Positions 29,980-39,908 of a stretch of DNA of 64,000 bases are shown here, piece by piece. Below the pieces are notes generated by a model. The model was not told the DNA's origin and made no database searches. It saw only the letters and a list, made by a program, of their open reading frames with translations. Every line of letters begins with the position of its first letter. The stretch's first letter is position 1. Source of the stretch: an uncultured Chloroflexia bacterium (lineage in GTDB: Bacteria > Chloroflexota > Limnocylindria > Limnocylindrales > CSP1-4); NCBI GenBank assembly GCA_963712745.1, contig CAVQJC010000001.1:96001-160000 (forward strand), given 5' to 3'. The position numbers and the translations under genes are program-made.

Positions 29980-30305
29980 GCTGCAATCACCGCTACTGGC
30001 ACGGCTGCGACTGGCCACCACCCCCGGATCGGTACGACCCGTACGCCTACGGCTACCCGCCCCGCCGCTATCCCGCCGAGACGGTCGTGATCCGTGACGG
30101 AGACGAGGTGCTCGGGGAGGAGGGGCCGCGACGTCCACGCGGGGCAGGCCGGGGCCGCCGTCGTGGAGCCCCTCGGGCAGCATACGAGGAGGTCACGGCC
30201 GACTCGCTGCAGGCCCGAGCCGAGGCGCTGCGAGAGGAGCTCGAGCGCATCGAGGAGGACCTGAGCCGGCTCTCGGTGGTGCCGACGACGGAGAACGACA
30301 CGTAA
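29976..30305 (+). CDS. Small protein with Cys/His N-terminus, RG-rich middle and C-terminal coiled coil (DUF5320-like)
   Basis: MSCNHRYWHGC...GRGRRRG...LQARAEALREELERIEEDLSRL; ATGA overlap with padR. Confidence 0.6.
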   Translation: MSCNHRYWHGCDWPPPPDRYDPYAYGYPPRRYPAETVVIRDGDEVLGEEGPRRPRGAGRGRRRGAPRAAYEEVTADSLQARAEALREELERIEEDLSRLSVVPTTENDT

Positions 30306-30324
30306 CCACGGTCACTGCCTCACC

Positions 30325-30354
30325 ACGGCCCCGGGCCTCGTCCCCCGGGGCCGT
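30325..30354. terminator. 11-bp stem hairpin between convergent genes
   Basis: ACGGCCCCGGG-N8-CCCGGGGCCGT. Confidence 0.65.
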
Positions 30355-30420
30355 ACGCTGTGTTTCGCGCTGGCGCGCATGGGCCGGCGGCGCGGGAGCG
30401 GGTGACTCCGCTGGCGGGCG

Positions 30421-31710
30421 TCATGCTGCTGGGTCAGCCGACTCCTCTGTCGGCTGGGATCGCTCGGTCATGATCGTCCGAACGCCCGAGACGATCAGGG
30501 CGGCCGTGCCGACAGCGATCAGGATGGGGGCGGTCTGGAGCGTCCCGACCTGGGTGAGGAGGGCGGCCAACAGGACCAGCGAGAACGGCGCCGAGACGAT
30601 CGCACCTGGCACCGCCGCGAGCAGGCAGGCGAAGGCCAGCCCCAGCGGGACTTCCGGGAGGACCTGGTTGACGATGACGCCGGACGTGCCCCCGATGAAG
30701 AGGATCGGGAAGATCGGGCCGCCGATGAAGCCACTGCCCGCGCTAACCGCGAACGCCAGCATCTTGCCGACCAGGATGGCGAAGAGGAGCGCCAGCCCCA
30801 GGGTCTGCGCCTCCGTCAGCACCACCTCGAGCTGGTCGCTGCCGGTGAACGCGGTCAGTGGGAGGACCACCGCGATGAGCCCGAAGGCCACCCCGCCGAT
30901 GACGGGCTTGGCGATGTCGCTGACAGGCAGGAGTGCGAAGGCCTTCACGGCCACCGTCCGAATGATCACGGTCGTGATGGCCACGAGCGCCGCGAGCGCG
31001 CCCAGCCCCACGCCGGCCAGGAGATGCCAATCCTCGAAGTCGTAGGCGGGGATCGAGTAGATCCCGAGGAACACGCTGCCGATGATGGCGAAGTAGATGG
31101 CGAACGCGACGCTCGAAGCCACGAGGCTCCCGAAGAACGTGCGCTCGACCCGTCCGCGACCCGGCCGCGCGACCTCGATGACGAGGGCCATCGAGACGAG
31201 CGGGCTCGAGAAGAGCCCGCCGAACGCACCAGCCATGCCGCTGAGCGTCAGCGCCTTGGCGTCGTCTTCCCCGAGACCGCGGAGCTTGGCGATCCAGCCG
31301 GCCGTGCCGCCGCCGATCTGCCCCAGGGCGACCTCTGGTCCCAGACTGGCGCCGCCGATCAGGGAGACTGCTGAGACGGCGACGATCGACGGCACTGACC
31401 GCTCGTCGACGTGCTCATCCTGCAGGTCCTCGATCAGGCCGGGCGTCTTCTGCGGTATCTTCAGCGCTCGGCGGAGGAAGCCCACGATGAGGCCGGCCAC
31501 TGCCGCTACCGCTACCCACCACACGGGTCCCTCGAACCAATCCGTGCCCGGCTCGCCGTACCAGTCAGCCCCGACACCGGTCACGCCCAGGAAGACGATG
31601 CCTGAGGCGGCGCCGACGACGCCCAGCAAGGCGGCGTAACCGAGCAGACGCCAGAAGCTCCGTCTCCGCGTCTCGGCCGGTGACTCGCTCATGCTCGTTA
31701 CGTCGCCCAT
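30421..31710 (-). CDS. CLC-family chloride channel/ion transporter
   Basis: GGASLGPE, GAFGGLFSSP, GFIGGPIFP. Confidence 0.88.
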   Translation of the reverse strand: MGDVTSMSESPAETRRRSFWRLLGYAALLGVVGAASGIVFLGVTGVGADWYGEPGTDWFEGPVWWVAVAAVAGLIVGFLRRALKIPQKTPGLIEDLQDEHVDERSVPSIVAVSAVSLIGGASLGPEVALGQIGGGTAGWIAKLRGLGEDDAKALTLSGMAGAFGGLFSSPLVSMALVIEVARPGRGRVERTFFGSLVASSVAFAIYFAIIGSVFLGIYSIPAYDFEDWHLLAGVGLGALAALVAITTVIIRTVAVKAFALLPVSDIAKPVIGGVAFGLIAVVLPLTAFTGSDQLEVVLTEAQTLGLALLFAILVGKMLAFAVSAGSGFIGGPIFPILFIGGTSGVIVNQVLPEVPLGLAFACLLAAVPGAIVSAPFSLVLLAALLTQVGTLQTAPILIAVGTAALIVSGVRTIMTERSQPTEESADPAA

Positions 31711-31818
31711 TCGACTCACTCCTGCGGCTGCGGACCCTGGGCCGGTCCCGTGGCTCCACCAACTGGGATCCTGAGACTATCGGCTCATGCTGCTCAGCGG
31801 CTTGCTAGTCTCGCACCC

Positions 31819-31990
31819 GCAGCGTCATTGCTGGTCGGCGCAGGCGCGCATCCACGGGTCGCACAGGAGCTGCTGCGTCACGCTTCCGAAAGCTAGATGA
31901 CGATGCAGGTCCATGCACACGTCACGGCGGCTCGACGACGCGAGGCGGCGGACCTGCTGGAGCTGGCCCCGACCGACCGCATCCAGTCGG
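31819..31990 (+). pseudogene. Tyrosine integrase C-terminal fragment (part of copy C)
   Basis: AASLLVGAGAHPRVAQELLRHASES*MTMQVHAHVTAARRREAADLL matches the box II pattern LL..GVHPRVVQELLGH.....T...Y.H; in-frame TAG; catalytic Tyr position is His. Confidence 0.8.
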
Positions 31991-32060
31991 TCACGGATGC
32001 TGAAGACGGGGTTGCCCAGAGTGGCCTGGAGTCGCCCACAGAGGGCATCCCACGAGGGGA

Positions 32061-32140
32061 TGGTGGCTCCGGCGGTAGGCTTCGAACCCACCGCCAATCG
32101 GTTGACAGCCGTCGTGCTGGACGGTCGTCTTGAGCACGGA
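32061..32140 (-). mobile_element. tRNA-Asn-like 3' half, att-like (copy C, best preserved)
   Basis: Reverse complement CGGCTGTCAACCGATTGGCGGTGGGTTCGAAGCCTACCGCCGGAGCCA has a GTTCGA T-loop, Asn-type GGA-G-CCA end and loop CT-GTC-AA (GTT mutated); no proper D arm. Confidence 0.8.
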
Positions 32141-32326
32141 TCTTGCCTCGGGGGTGGCGCCGGTCAGTCAGGAGAACCAGCGTGGCCGGGCCGTTCGAGT
32201 GTCCACCTTGGGGCCACACGACACGGGCGGCCGGAACCGCTGGTCTCCGACGCGTTCAAACGATGAGGCCAGGCCCTCAGTGGCCTGGCCTCATCACTCA
32301 GCGTTCCGGCGATGGCCGAGGGTCGC

Positions 32327-33349
32327 TCATTCGGGCGGATACAGGATGGTGCGGTCGAACGAATCGAGGTTGTCGTTCGTTACCTCGAACGGCTTGAGGT
32401 ATCCCTCCTGGGGCACGTCGATGCCGTTGAGCTTCTCTACGATGGTGTCCACGACGACGCGCCCAAGCAGCACGGAGCCGGCCACGTTCGTCTCCTGGAC
32501 CCAGCCGTCCCGAATCATCTGCTCGAGATCTGGGTCCATGTCCACGGTCGCGACCACGACTTCTCCCGGCTGCTTGCCAGCAGATTTGAGCGCGGAGACG
32601 ATCGCTTGCGCCACAACGCTGTTGAAGGCATAGAACCCGCCGACGTCCGGATGGGCCTGCAGGATGTCCTCGGCGGCCTTGGTGGAGGAGACGAGGTCGC
32701 TGAGGTTGTTCAAGCCCTGAGCGATGGTGACATTCGGGTACTCTTCGAGCCCCTTCTTGACTCCAACCTCACGGAGACGGATGAGGTCGATCCCTGGTGG
32801 CCCCAGGAGTAGACCGACCGACCCGCCGTCCTGGAGCGCGTTGCCGAGATACTTGCCAGCGTTGTAGCCGGCCATCTCCGAGTCCTCACCGCGCTTCAGG
32901 ACCTTATCGGACTCGGGGAACACGCCGTCGCCGACCACCAGGATCCCCTGGTCGACAGCAGCCTCCAGCGCCGGCACCGTCGCTGTGCTGCTGGTGACTG
33001 CGATCGCGATGGCGTCGAACCCCTGCTGCGTCGCGTCCTCGATCTGGGCGATCTGCTTGTCGATGTTGGCATAGCCGCCTGCGTCGAAGAAGGTCAGCTC
33101 GACTCCGGTCTTCGCTGCCTCGTCCTCGTAGCCGTACCGCTTCTGCTGGAAGTAGGGATCACCGGCGTTCGGGAACAGGACAGCGACCCGATAGGGCTCA
33201 TCGGCCATGAGGTCCGGGACCGTGGTCGCACCGGGGACCTCGGTCGACTCGTCCTGTGCCATTGCTCCGCTAGAAACTACGGACAACAAGAGCGAGGCCG
33301 CCCCGAAGACTGCCACCGCTCGTGTCCATGATCTGATACCACGTCTCAT
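32327..33349 (-). CDS. Sugar ABC transporter substrate-binding protein (RbsB-like)
   Basis: Signal peptide; DAGGYANIDKQIAQIED, LLGPPG, AEDILQAHPDV. Confidence 0.9.
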   Translation of the reverse strand: MRRGIRSWTRAVAVFGAASLLLSVVSSGAMAQDESTEVPGATTVPDLMADEPYRVAVLFPNAGDPYFQQKRYGYEDEAAKTGVELTFFDAGGYANIDKQIAQIEDATQQGFDAIAIAVTSSTATVPALEAAVDQGILVVGDGVFPESDKVLKRGEDSEMAGYNAGKYLGNALQDGGSVGLLLGPPGIDLIRLREVGVKKGLEEYPNVTIAQGLNNLSDLVSSTKAAEDILQAHPDVGGFYAFNSVVAQAIVSALKSAGKQPGEVVVATVDMDPDLEQMIRDGWVQETNVAGSVLLGRVVVDTIVEKLNGIDVPQEGYLKPFEVTNDNLDSFDRTILYPPE

Positions 33350-33506
33350 GATTGCTCCTCTCCTAGTGCCTGCCGCCCTGATGCATGTCCCGAGCTCCTC
33401 CTACGGGCTGCTTCTAGCTGGCCGGGCGAAGGGCGGCGGCTGATCGCCATTCGACCGGTGACTGCAAACGGCGGACCACTGCGATGTGCGGCGCCCGCCG
33501 ACGTTC

Positions 33507-34475
33507 TCACGACCGTTCCCGCCACACGGTAAGCAGAACGGCCACGATGATGCTTGCCCCGATCACGACTTGCTGGATGAACGTCGAGATTCCGAGCAGA
33601 TTGAGTCCGTTCTGGAGGATTCCGACGAACATCACACCGAACAGCGTCCCCACCAACCTGCCCCGACCTCCGAAGAGGTACGTGCCACCGATGACGACGG
33701 TCGCGACGGACAGGAGCTCCAGGCCCTCGCCCAGAAGCGGCTGGCCGGAGTTGACCCGCCCCGTCAGGATGACTCCCCCGAGCGCAGCCGTGAATCCGGA
33801 CAGCATGTAGATCAGGATCTTCGTCCGCGGTGTCGGGATCCCAGCCAGGATGGCCGCCTGCTCGTTGCCGCCGATCGCGTAGACGGCTGGACCGAAGCGA
33901 GTTCGAGTCAGCAGCACCTGCATGACGATGAACGTGGCGGCCATGAAGAGGACGGGCACGGGGATCGGGCCCACATAGCCCTGTCCGATCCAACTGAAGC
34001 CGGTGTCGGGCAGCCCGAAGATCGGCACGCCGTCGGTGATCGTCAGTGCCAGGCCCCGGGCGATCGAGAGCATGCCCAGGGTGACGATGAAGGGCGGCAG
34101 GCGGGTCAGGCCGATGAGGCTCCCATTGATGAGGCCGAGGACGACGCCGGAGCCGAGCGCCATCACCAGTCCAAGCGGGATACTTCCCTGCTCCAGCCCC
34201 ATCGCCATCAGCACATTGGCCACGGCGAGCACCGAGCCGACCGAGAGGTCGATCCCGCCCGAGATGATGACGACCGTCTGGGCCGCGCCCACCATGCCCA
34301 GGACCGCCACTTGTCGGGCCACATTTCCCGCGTTGGAGACGGCGAAGAAGTTCTGAGCAAGCACCGCGAAGCCGATGATCAGCGCCAGAACGACGATCGG
34401 CAGTCCGAGCGTCTCCCATGACACGTGGAGGCCGCGATCACGCAGGGTGCGCGACATCGACCTGTCGTTCGTCAT
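33507..34475 (-). CDS. Sugar ABC transporter permease (RbsC-like)
   Basis: IISGGIDLSVGS, PPFIVTLG, YAIGGNEQAA, VVIGGT.LFGG.G. Confidence 0.93.
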   Translation of the reverse strand: MTNDRSMSRTLRDRGLHVSWETLGLPIVVLALIIGFAVLAQNFFAVSNAGNVARQVAVLGMVGAAQTVVIISGGIDLSVGSVLAVANVLMAMGLEQGSIPLGLVMALGSGVVLGLINGSLIGLTRLPPFIVTLGMLSIARGLALTITDGVPIFGLPDTGFSWIGQGYVGPIPVPVLFMAATFIVMQVLLTRTRFGPAVYAIGGNEQAAILAGIPTPRTKILIYMLSGFTAALGGVILTGRVNSGQPLLGEGLELLSVATVVIGGTYLFGGRGRLVGTLFGVMFVGILQNGLNLLGISTFIQQVVIGASIIVAVLLTVWRERS

Positions 34476-35971
34476 GCCGCGTCCTCGATCGGCAGCGCTG
34501 CCGCCATGATCGCCTCCTGCGTGGCGTGGGCGCGGTCGAACTCCCGCGACACTCGACCCTCGCGCATGACGACGACGCGGTCGGCAAGGCCGAGGATCTC
34601 GGGCAGCTCGGACGAGACCAGGACCACGGCCTTCCCATCGGTCGCAAGCTCGGCGACCAGGTCATAGATCTCAGCTTTCGCCCCGACGTCGATCCCGCGG
34701 GTGGGTTCGTCGAGCAGGACGACGTCCGAGCCCGCCGCCAGCGCGCGTGCGATGACGACCTTCTGCTGGTTCCCGCCAGACAGCGTCCCGACGGTGACTG
34801 AGGGGCCTGTGACCTTGATCCGTAGCAGCTCGATGTAACGCACTGCGATCTCACGCATCACGCCGAACAGGAGGAAGCCGCGGCGCACGCACGCCCCGAG
34901 CGATGCGAGTGTGATGTTCTGCTGGACGCTCATCGGAAGCACCAGCCCCTGACCGTGGCGGTCCTCGGGTACGAGCCCGATCCGGACCGCGAGCGCGTCA
35001 CGAGGCGTGCTGATCTTGACCGCCTGCCCCCGCACAAGGATGCGTCCGCTGGACCTCGCGTCGAGGCCGATGACCGCCCTGAGCGTCTCAGTGCGGCCCG
35101 CCCCCACGAGACCAGCGATGCCGAGCACCTCGCCGGCCCGGACGGCAAACGTGACGTCGTGCACGGTCCCTGGCACGCTGAGGCCTTCCACCCGGAGCAA
35201 CTCATCGCCCGGCCGCGCTTCGCGCGTGGGAAATGTCTCGGCGAGCTGCCGGCCGACCATCAAGCGGATGAGTTCTCTCTGGTTGGTGGCACCACGGTCG
35301 AGCGTGGCAATCACCTTGCCGTCACGCATCACGGTCACGCGATCAGCGATCCGCTCGATCTCCTCCAGCCGGTGCGAGATGTAGACCACACCGACGCCCT
35401 CAGCCGTTAGACGGGCGATCCTAGTGAACAGCTCCTCGGTCTCGTGGGCGGAGAGTGACGAGGTAGGCTCGTCCATGATGAGCGCGCGCGACTTCCATGC
35501 CAGGGCCCGGACGATCTCGATGCCCTGGCGTTTCGCGATGCTAAGCCGTCGCACAGGCTCATCGGGGTCGACGTCCAGGTCCAACAGGTGGAGGAGCTCT
35601 CGCGTCTGGGTCCGCATGGTGCCGCTGTCGAGCAACCTTGCCCGACCGTGCACCACTTCTCGTCCCAGGAAGATGTTCTGGGCGACCGTCATGTCGGGAG
35701 CGAGGGCGAGCTCCTGGTAGACGGTACTGATCCCGGCGTGTCTGGCAGCGCTCGGGCTGTGGACCCGCACCGGCTTGCCGTCGATCCTGATCTCGCCATC
35801 GTCCGGCCGGTACGCGCCGGAGAGGATCTTGACGAGCGTCGACTTGCCCGCCCCGTTCTCGCCCAGGAGAACGTGCACCTCCGACGCGCGTAGATCGAAG
35901 TCGACGTCGTCCAGGGCGAGGACGCCAGGGAATCGCTTCGAGACGTGCTCCACGACAAGGAACGGGTCCAC
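34472..35971 (-). CDS. Sugar ABC transporter ATP-binding protein (RbsA-like, two domains)
   Basis: GENGAGKST, MDEPT, LSGGNQQKV, LDEPTRGIDVGAK; GTG start next to the upstream stop. Confidence 0.93.
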   Translation of the reverse strand: MDPFLVVEHVSKRFPGVLALDDVDFDLRASEVHVLLGENGAGKSTLVKILSGAYRPDDGEIRIDGKPVRVHSPSAARHAGISTVYQELALAPDMTVAQNIFLGREVVHGRARLLDSGTMRTQTRELLHLLDLDVDPDEPVRRLSIAKRQGIEIVRALAWKSRALIMDEPTSSLSAHETEELFTRIARLTAEGVGVVYISHRLEEIERIADRVTVMRDGKVIATLDRGATNQRELIRLMVGRQLAETFPTREARPGDELLRVEGLSVPGTVHDVTFAVRAGEVLGIAGLVGAGRTETLRAVIGLDARSSGRILVRGQAVKISTPRDALAVRIGLVPEDRHGQGLVLPMSVQQNITLASLGACVRRGFLLFGVMREIAVRYIELLRIKVTGPSVTVGTLSGGNQQKVVIARALAAGSDVVLLDEPTRGIDVGAKAEIYDLVAELATDGKAVVLVSSELPEILGLADRVVVMREGRVSREFDRAHATQEAIMAAALPIEDAA

Positions 35972-35972
35972 G

Positions 35973-37208
35973 TCAGGCCGCGGCCTCGAGGATCGAGACG
36001 ACCTGAGTGGCCGACTCGATACGGATCGGACTTCCCGCCACCACGAGATCCTGCAGGACGCCTTCAGCGATCTCCTCGAACTGCCCGCTGCCGACGCCGA
36101 CCTGCGACAGTCGAGTCGGCTGGCCGAGCTCAGCCACGAGCGACTCGACGGCGCGGGCGGCAGCCTCGGCCGCAGCCGCGTCACTCATCGCAGACGTGTC
36201 GACTCCCAAGGCCTCGGCGATCAGCCGCTGGCGATCCGCGGTCGCGGTGGCCAGGAAGCGCATCACCTGGGGCAGGATGATGCACGACGTCACCCCGTGC
36301 GGGACCCCGCCTTTCGGCCCCAGCTGGTGCCCGATGGCGTGCGAAAGGCCGAGGCTGAGATTCATCTCGCCGAAGTACGACAGCCATGCCCCCATGTAGC
36401 CGGCGGCACGGGCGCGAATGTCGGACGGATCGCGCCGTGCCGCGGGGAGGGCTGACGAGAGGCGCCGGATCGCCTCGAGGCTAAGCACATCGGTGACCGG
36501 CTGGTGTCGCGGCGAATACACGGTCTCGATGGCGTGATCCAGTGACCGCATTCCCGTCGAGACCCAGAGGTCGACCGGCGTCGTAAGTCCGACCTCGGGG
36601 TCGTGGAAGACGACGTGGGGCGTGAGCTCGTTGGCGATGAGCAGATCCTTGACACGCCGAGTGAGACTCGTGACGGCGCCGGCATTGGCGAACTCGGCGG
36701 CCGCGAGCGTGGTCGGGATCGTCACATGCGGCAGGGAACGTCCGTGGGTCGCGGGAAGTGTTGTGCCTGCCACCGGGTCATACCGGGCACGGAACGCTTC
36801 GAGTGCCTCGACAGTGTCGGCGCCCTCCCCGACCGCAAGGGCCACCGCTCGCGACAGGTCGATCGCGCTGCCTCCGCCGAGGCTGACGAGGAGGTCGGCA
36901 TCGGCGGCCCGCACCGCCGCAACCGCATCCATGACGGCCGGGTATGGAACGTGGGCCTGGACGCCGTCAAACATCCCGACGAAGCGGTCACCGAGCAACT
37001 CGCGTATGCGAGTCGTGACCGCTCCCCCCGACAGCTCTGGCACCGTGATGAGGAACACTCGTGTGCCGCCGATCCGCTCGCACTCGGCGGGAAGCTGCTC
37101 GAGGCAACCTCGGCCGAACCGGACAACGTCCATCGGCAGGTACCAGAACTCACCCAGATCCGGTTCGTGGAGCCCCATCACCGCATCGTCAGCGCGCCGC
37201 CCACTCAT
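35973..37208 (-). CDS. Iron-containing alcohol dehydrogenase family (maleylacetate-reductase-like)
   Basis: LGGGSAID, IPTTL, DHAIE, HAIGHQLG...VPHG. Confidence 0.88.
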   Translation of the reverse strand: MSGRRADDAVMGLHEPDLGEFWYLPMDVVRFGRGCLEQLPAECERIGGTRVFLITVPELSGGAVTTRIRELLGDRFVGMFDGVQAHVPYPAVMDAVAAVRAADADLLVSLGGGSAIDLSRAVALAVGEGADTVEALEAFRARYDPVAGTTLPATHGRSLPHVTIPTTLAAAEFANAGAVTSLTRRVKDLLIANELTPHVVFHDPEVGLTTPVDLWVSTGMRSLDHAIETVYSPRHQPVTDVLSLEAIRRLSSALPAARRDPSDIRARAAGYMGAWLSYFGEMNLSLGLSHAIGHQLGPKGGVPHGVTSCIILPQVMRFLATATADRQRLIAEALGVDTSAMSDAAAAEAAARAVESLVAELGQPTRLSQVGVGSGQFEEIAEGVLQDLVVAGSPIRIESATQVVSILEAAA

Positions 37209-38656
37209 CCTGGCCTTCCCTTCAGCACCACGAGGTGCTCTTCGGTCATCTCCTCGATCGCGTATCGGGGTCCCTCTTTGCCGCCGGATCCCGAAGCCTT
37301 CACGCCGCCGTATGGCATCCGGTCGACCCGGTAGCGCGAGGTGTCGTTGACGATCACACCACCGAACTCGAGGCGTCGTGATGCCTCGAGGGCAACGTCG
37401 AGGCTGGCGGTGAAGATGGCCGCCTGCAACCCGTAGTCGGTGGAGTTCGCAAACTCGATCGCTTGGTCGAGATCATGGTAGGAGAAGATGCTGACGACGG
37501 GCGCGAAGACCTCCTGGCACACCACGGGCAATGAAGGCTCCGGGTCCGCGAGCACTACCGGCCAGAGGAGCGCGCCCTCACGACGAAGCTCAGTGAGCGC
37601 TCGGGACCCGGTCTCGATGGCCGCGCGGACGGCTGTCTCCGCGTCGATGGCCTTCTGCTCGTTGAGCATAGGACCGAGATCCGACGCGTCATCGAGTGGA
37701 TCGCCGACCTTCAGCGACTCGACCAGTGGGATGAACGCCTGCTCGAAGCGCTCTCGCACGGCCTCGTGGACGAGGATCCGCTGGACCGAGATGCAGACCT
37801 GACCGGCGTATCCGAATGAACCGGCGAGGGCGCCGCGGGCCGCCGCCTCGATGTCCGCGTCTTCATGCACGATGACAGGAGCATTGCCGCCCAGTTCCAG
37901 GGTCGCGTGTCGTAGACCAAGCAGCGAACGGATGCGCATGCCGACCGCAGTGCTGCCTGTGAACGAGACCATGCCGACCCGCGAATCACTGACGAGCGCA
38001 TCACCGACCTCGTCGCCGCGGCCGATGACCACCTGCAGACGATCCGGGGGTAGTCCCGCCTCCAGCAGGTCGCTCGCGAACTCCAGCGCCGACAGCGGCG
38101 TCGCGGTGGCTGGCTTGAGGACGACCACATTGCCGGCTGCGATCGCAGAACCGACCTTGTGTGCCGGCGAGAGCAACGGCCCGTTGAACGGCGTGATGGC
38201 GGCCACGACGCCGATGGGCACCCTGATGGTGAACGCGATGCGGTCCTCGGAGCCTTCAACGGCGTCGACAGGCACGAGATGGCCTGTGATGCGTCGGGCC
38301 TCTTCCGCAGCCTCCTCGAGAACGAGGGCCGACCGCGCGACCTCGCCCCGGGCTTCACGCATCGGCTTGCCCGATTCGAGCGCCACCAGGCGCGCGAGCT
38401 CGTCCGCTCTCCCGCGGATGCGCACGGCCGTAGCTCGCAGGATCGTGGATCGCTGCGTCGGCGTAAGGGCTCCGTTGCGAGATGCCTTGGCGGCGCTTTC
38501 GACGGCCTCCGCCACCTCTGTCACCGTCGCGAGCGGGACGCGTCCGAGCGGGCGTCCGTCGTACGGCGCATGGATCACTTCCTCACCACCCGCAGCGCTG
38601 GAGCGCCAGGTTCCATCGATCAGCAAGCCACGGGTATCCCGCATGTCGTCGGTCAT
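37205..38656 (-). CDS. NAD(P)-dependent aldehyde dehydrogenase
   Basis: ITPFN, FTGST, LELGGN, GQVCIS, EVFAP, PYGGVKASG. Confidence 0.93.
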   Translation of the reverse strand: MTDDMRDTRGLLIDGTWRSSAAGGEEVIHAPYDGRPLGRVPLATVTEVAEAVESAAKASRNGALTPTQRSTILRATAVRIRGRADELARLVALESGKPMREARGEVARSALVLEEAAEEARRITGHLVPVDAVEGSEDRIAFTIRVPIGVVAAITPFNGPLLSPAHKVGSAIAAGNVVVLKPATATPLSALEFASDLLEAGLPPDRLQVVIGRGDEVGDALVSDSRVGMVSFTGSTAVGMRIRSLLGLRHATLELGGNAPVIVHEDADIEAAARGALAGSFGYAGQVCISVQRILVHEAVRERFEQAFIPLVESLKVGDPLDDASDLGPMLNEQKAIDAETAVRAAIETGSRALTELRREGALLWPVVLADPEPSLPVVCQEVFAPVVSIFSYHDLDQAIEFANSTDYGLQAAIFTASLDVALEASRRLEFGGVIVNDTSRYRVDRMPYGGVKASGSGGKEGPRYAIEEMTEEHLVVLKGRPG

Positions 38657-39858
38657 GTCTGTGCCACCTCATCATCATCGGCGAGCAGGTGCTCCGCGAG
38701 AGCCACCATGGCACTCACGCCGACATCGATCGACGTCTCGTCCACGTCGAAGCGACCATCATGCAGCGAGGGCCAGTCCGTCGCGCCGGGCGATGCCACC
38801 CCAAGCTTCAGGTAGAGGCCCGGCATGCGCTCGGCGAACAGGGCGAAGTCGTCGGTCGTCATGGGCGGACCGTCCAACTCGCGCAACCCGCCGGGTTCGA
38901 GCACACCGGGCAGCAACTGGCGTGCGAGTGCAACGAGGCGCGGGTCGTTGATGACAGGCGGCATCTCGTTGGCCCACTCGACCTCGGCCGTCGCACCGAC
39001 CATCTCGGCCGCGGCAGTCGCCACCCGCTCGACCGAAGCGCGGATACGTTGGCGGATCGCGGGGTCGACGCTTCGGATGGTCCCCGTGACTTCGGCCTGC
39101 GCCGGAACGATGCTCTGGGTCGCGCCGCCATGGATCGTCCCGACATTCAGAGCGAAGCGGTCCCCCGGATCCACTTCTCGGGCGGCGAGGTGGTGGAGGC
39201 CGACGACGAGATGACTGATCGCCAGGATGGCGTCCCTACCGCTGCTCGGGGTGGCCGCGTGCGCAGCGGACCCCTCGACCCGGATCTGGAAGGCATCCTT
39301 GGCCGCCATGGCTACGTGCTCATCAAGGCCGATGGCACCCGCGGGCAGGCCGGGCCAGCAGTGCAGCCCCAGGATCGCGTCCACGTGTTCGCCCAGAGCG
39401 CCGGCTTCGATCATGACCCGAGCCCCGCTCATCTCCCCGAACGGGATCTCCTCAGCGGGCTGCAGCAGGACGGTCAGCTGGCCACGGAGCTCATCTCTGG
39501 CCGCCAAGCGCTCGGCTGCCCCGACCGCGACTGCCATGTGGACGTCGTGACCGCACGCGTGCGCCACACCGGGGACAGTCGAGGCGTAGTCGGTCGAGAG
39601 GAGATCGCTCGTGGGCACAGCGTCCATGTCGGCCCGCAGTACGACGTGTGGCCTACCCTCGACGCCCCCGATGCTCGCGGTCAGGCCCGTTCCGCCGATA
39701 CCGCTCTTGATTCGGAATCCCGAGGCGGACAGGCGCTCAGCGAGAAGCCGAGCCGTGCCGTGCTCCTGGAAGCGCAGCTCGGGCATGCGACGGAGCTCTC
39801 GTCGAAGCGCCACAGTCGACAGGGGGACGGCGCGGTCCGTAACCGTCATGATGTCCAA
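38653..39858 (-). CDS. M20D amidohydrolase
   Basis: LRADMDA, HACGHD, QPAEE, HAATP, TTDDFA, LHDGRF. Confidence 0.92.
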   Translation of the reverse strand: MDIMTVTDRAVPLSTVALRRELRRMPELRFQEHGTARLLAERLSASGFRIKSGIGGTGLTASIGGVEGRPHVVLRADMDAVPTSDLLSTDYASTVPGVAHACGHDVHMAVAVGAAERLAARDELRGQLTVLLQPAEEIPFGEMSGARVMIEAGALGEHVDAILGLHCWPGLPAGAIGLDEHVAMAAKDAFQIRVEGSAAHAATPSSGRDAILAISHLVVGLHHLAAREVDPGDRFALNVGTIHGGATQSIVPAQAEVTGTIRSVDPAIRQRIRASVERVATAAAEMVGATAEVEWANEMPPVINDPRLVALARQLLPGVLEPGGLRELDGPPMTTDDFALFAERMPGLYLKLGVASPGATDWPSLHDGRFDVDETSIDVGVSAMVALAEHLLADDDEVAQT

Positions 39859-39908
39859 AATACGACCGAAATGGGCTCGCCGAGGCTAGACCGGCCGGCC
39901 GGCCGCTG

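Noticed and set aside
32061-32140. Functional tRNA-Asp(GTC), possibly linked to gluQ
   Set aside because: No proper D arm or acceptor pairing; the end sequence is Asn-type; the other copies have different loop mutations.
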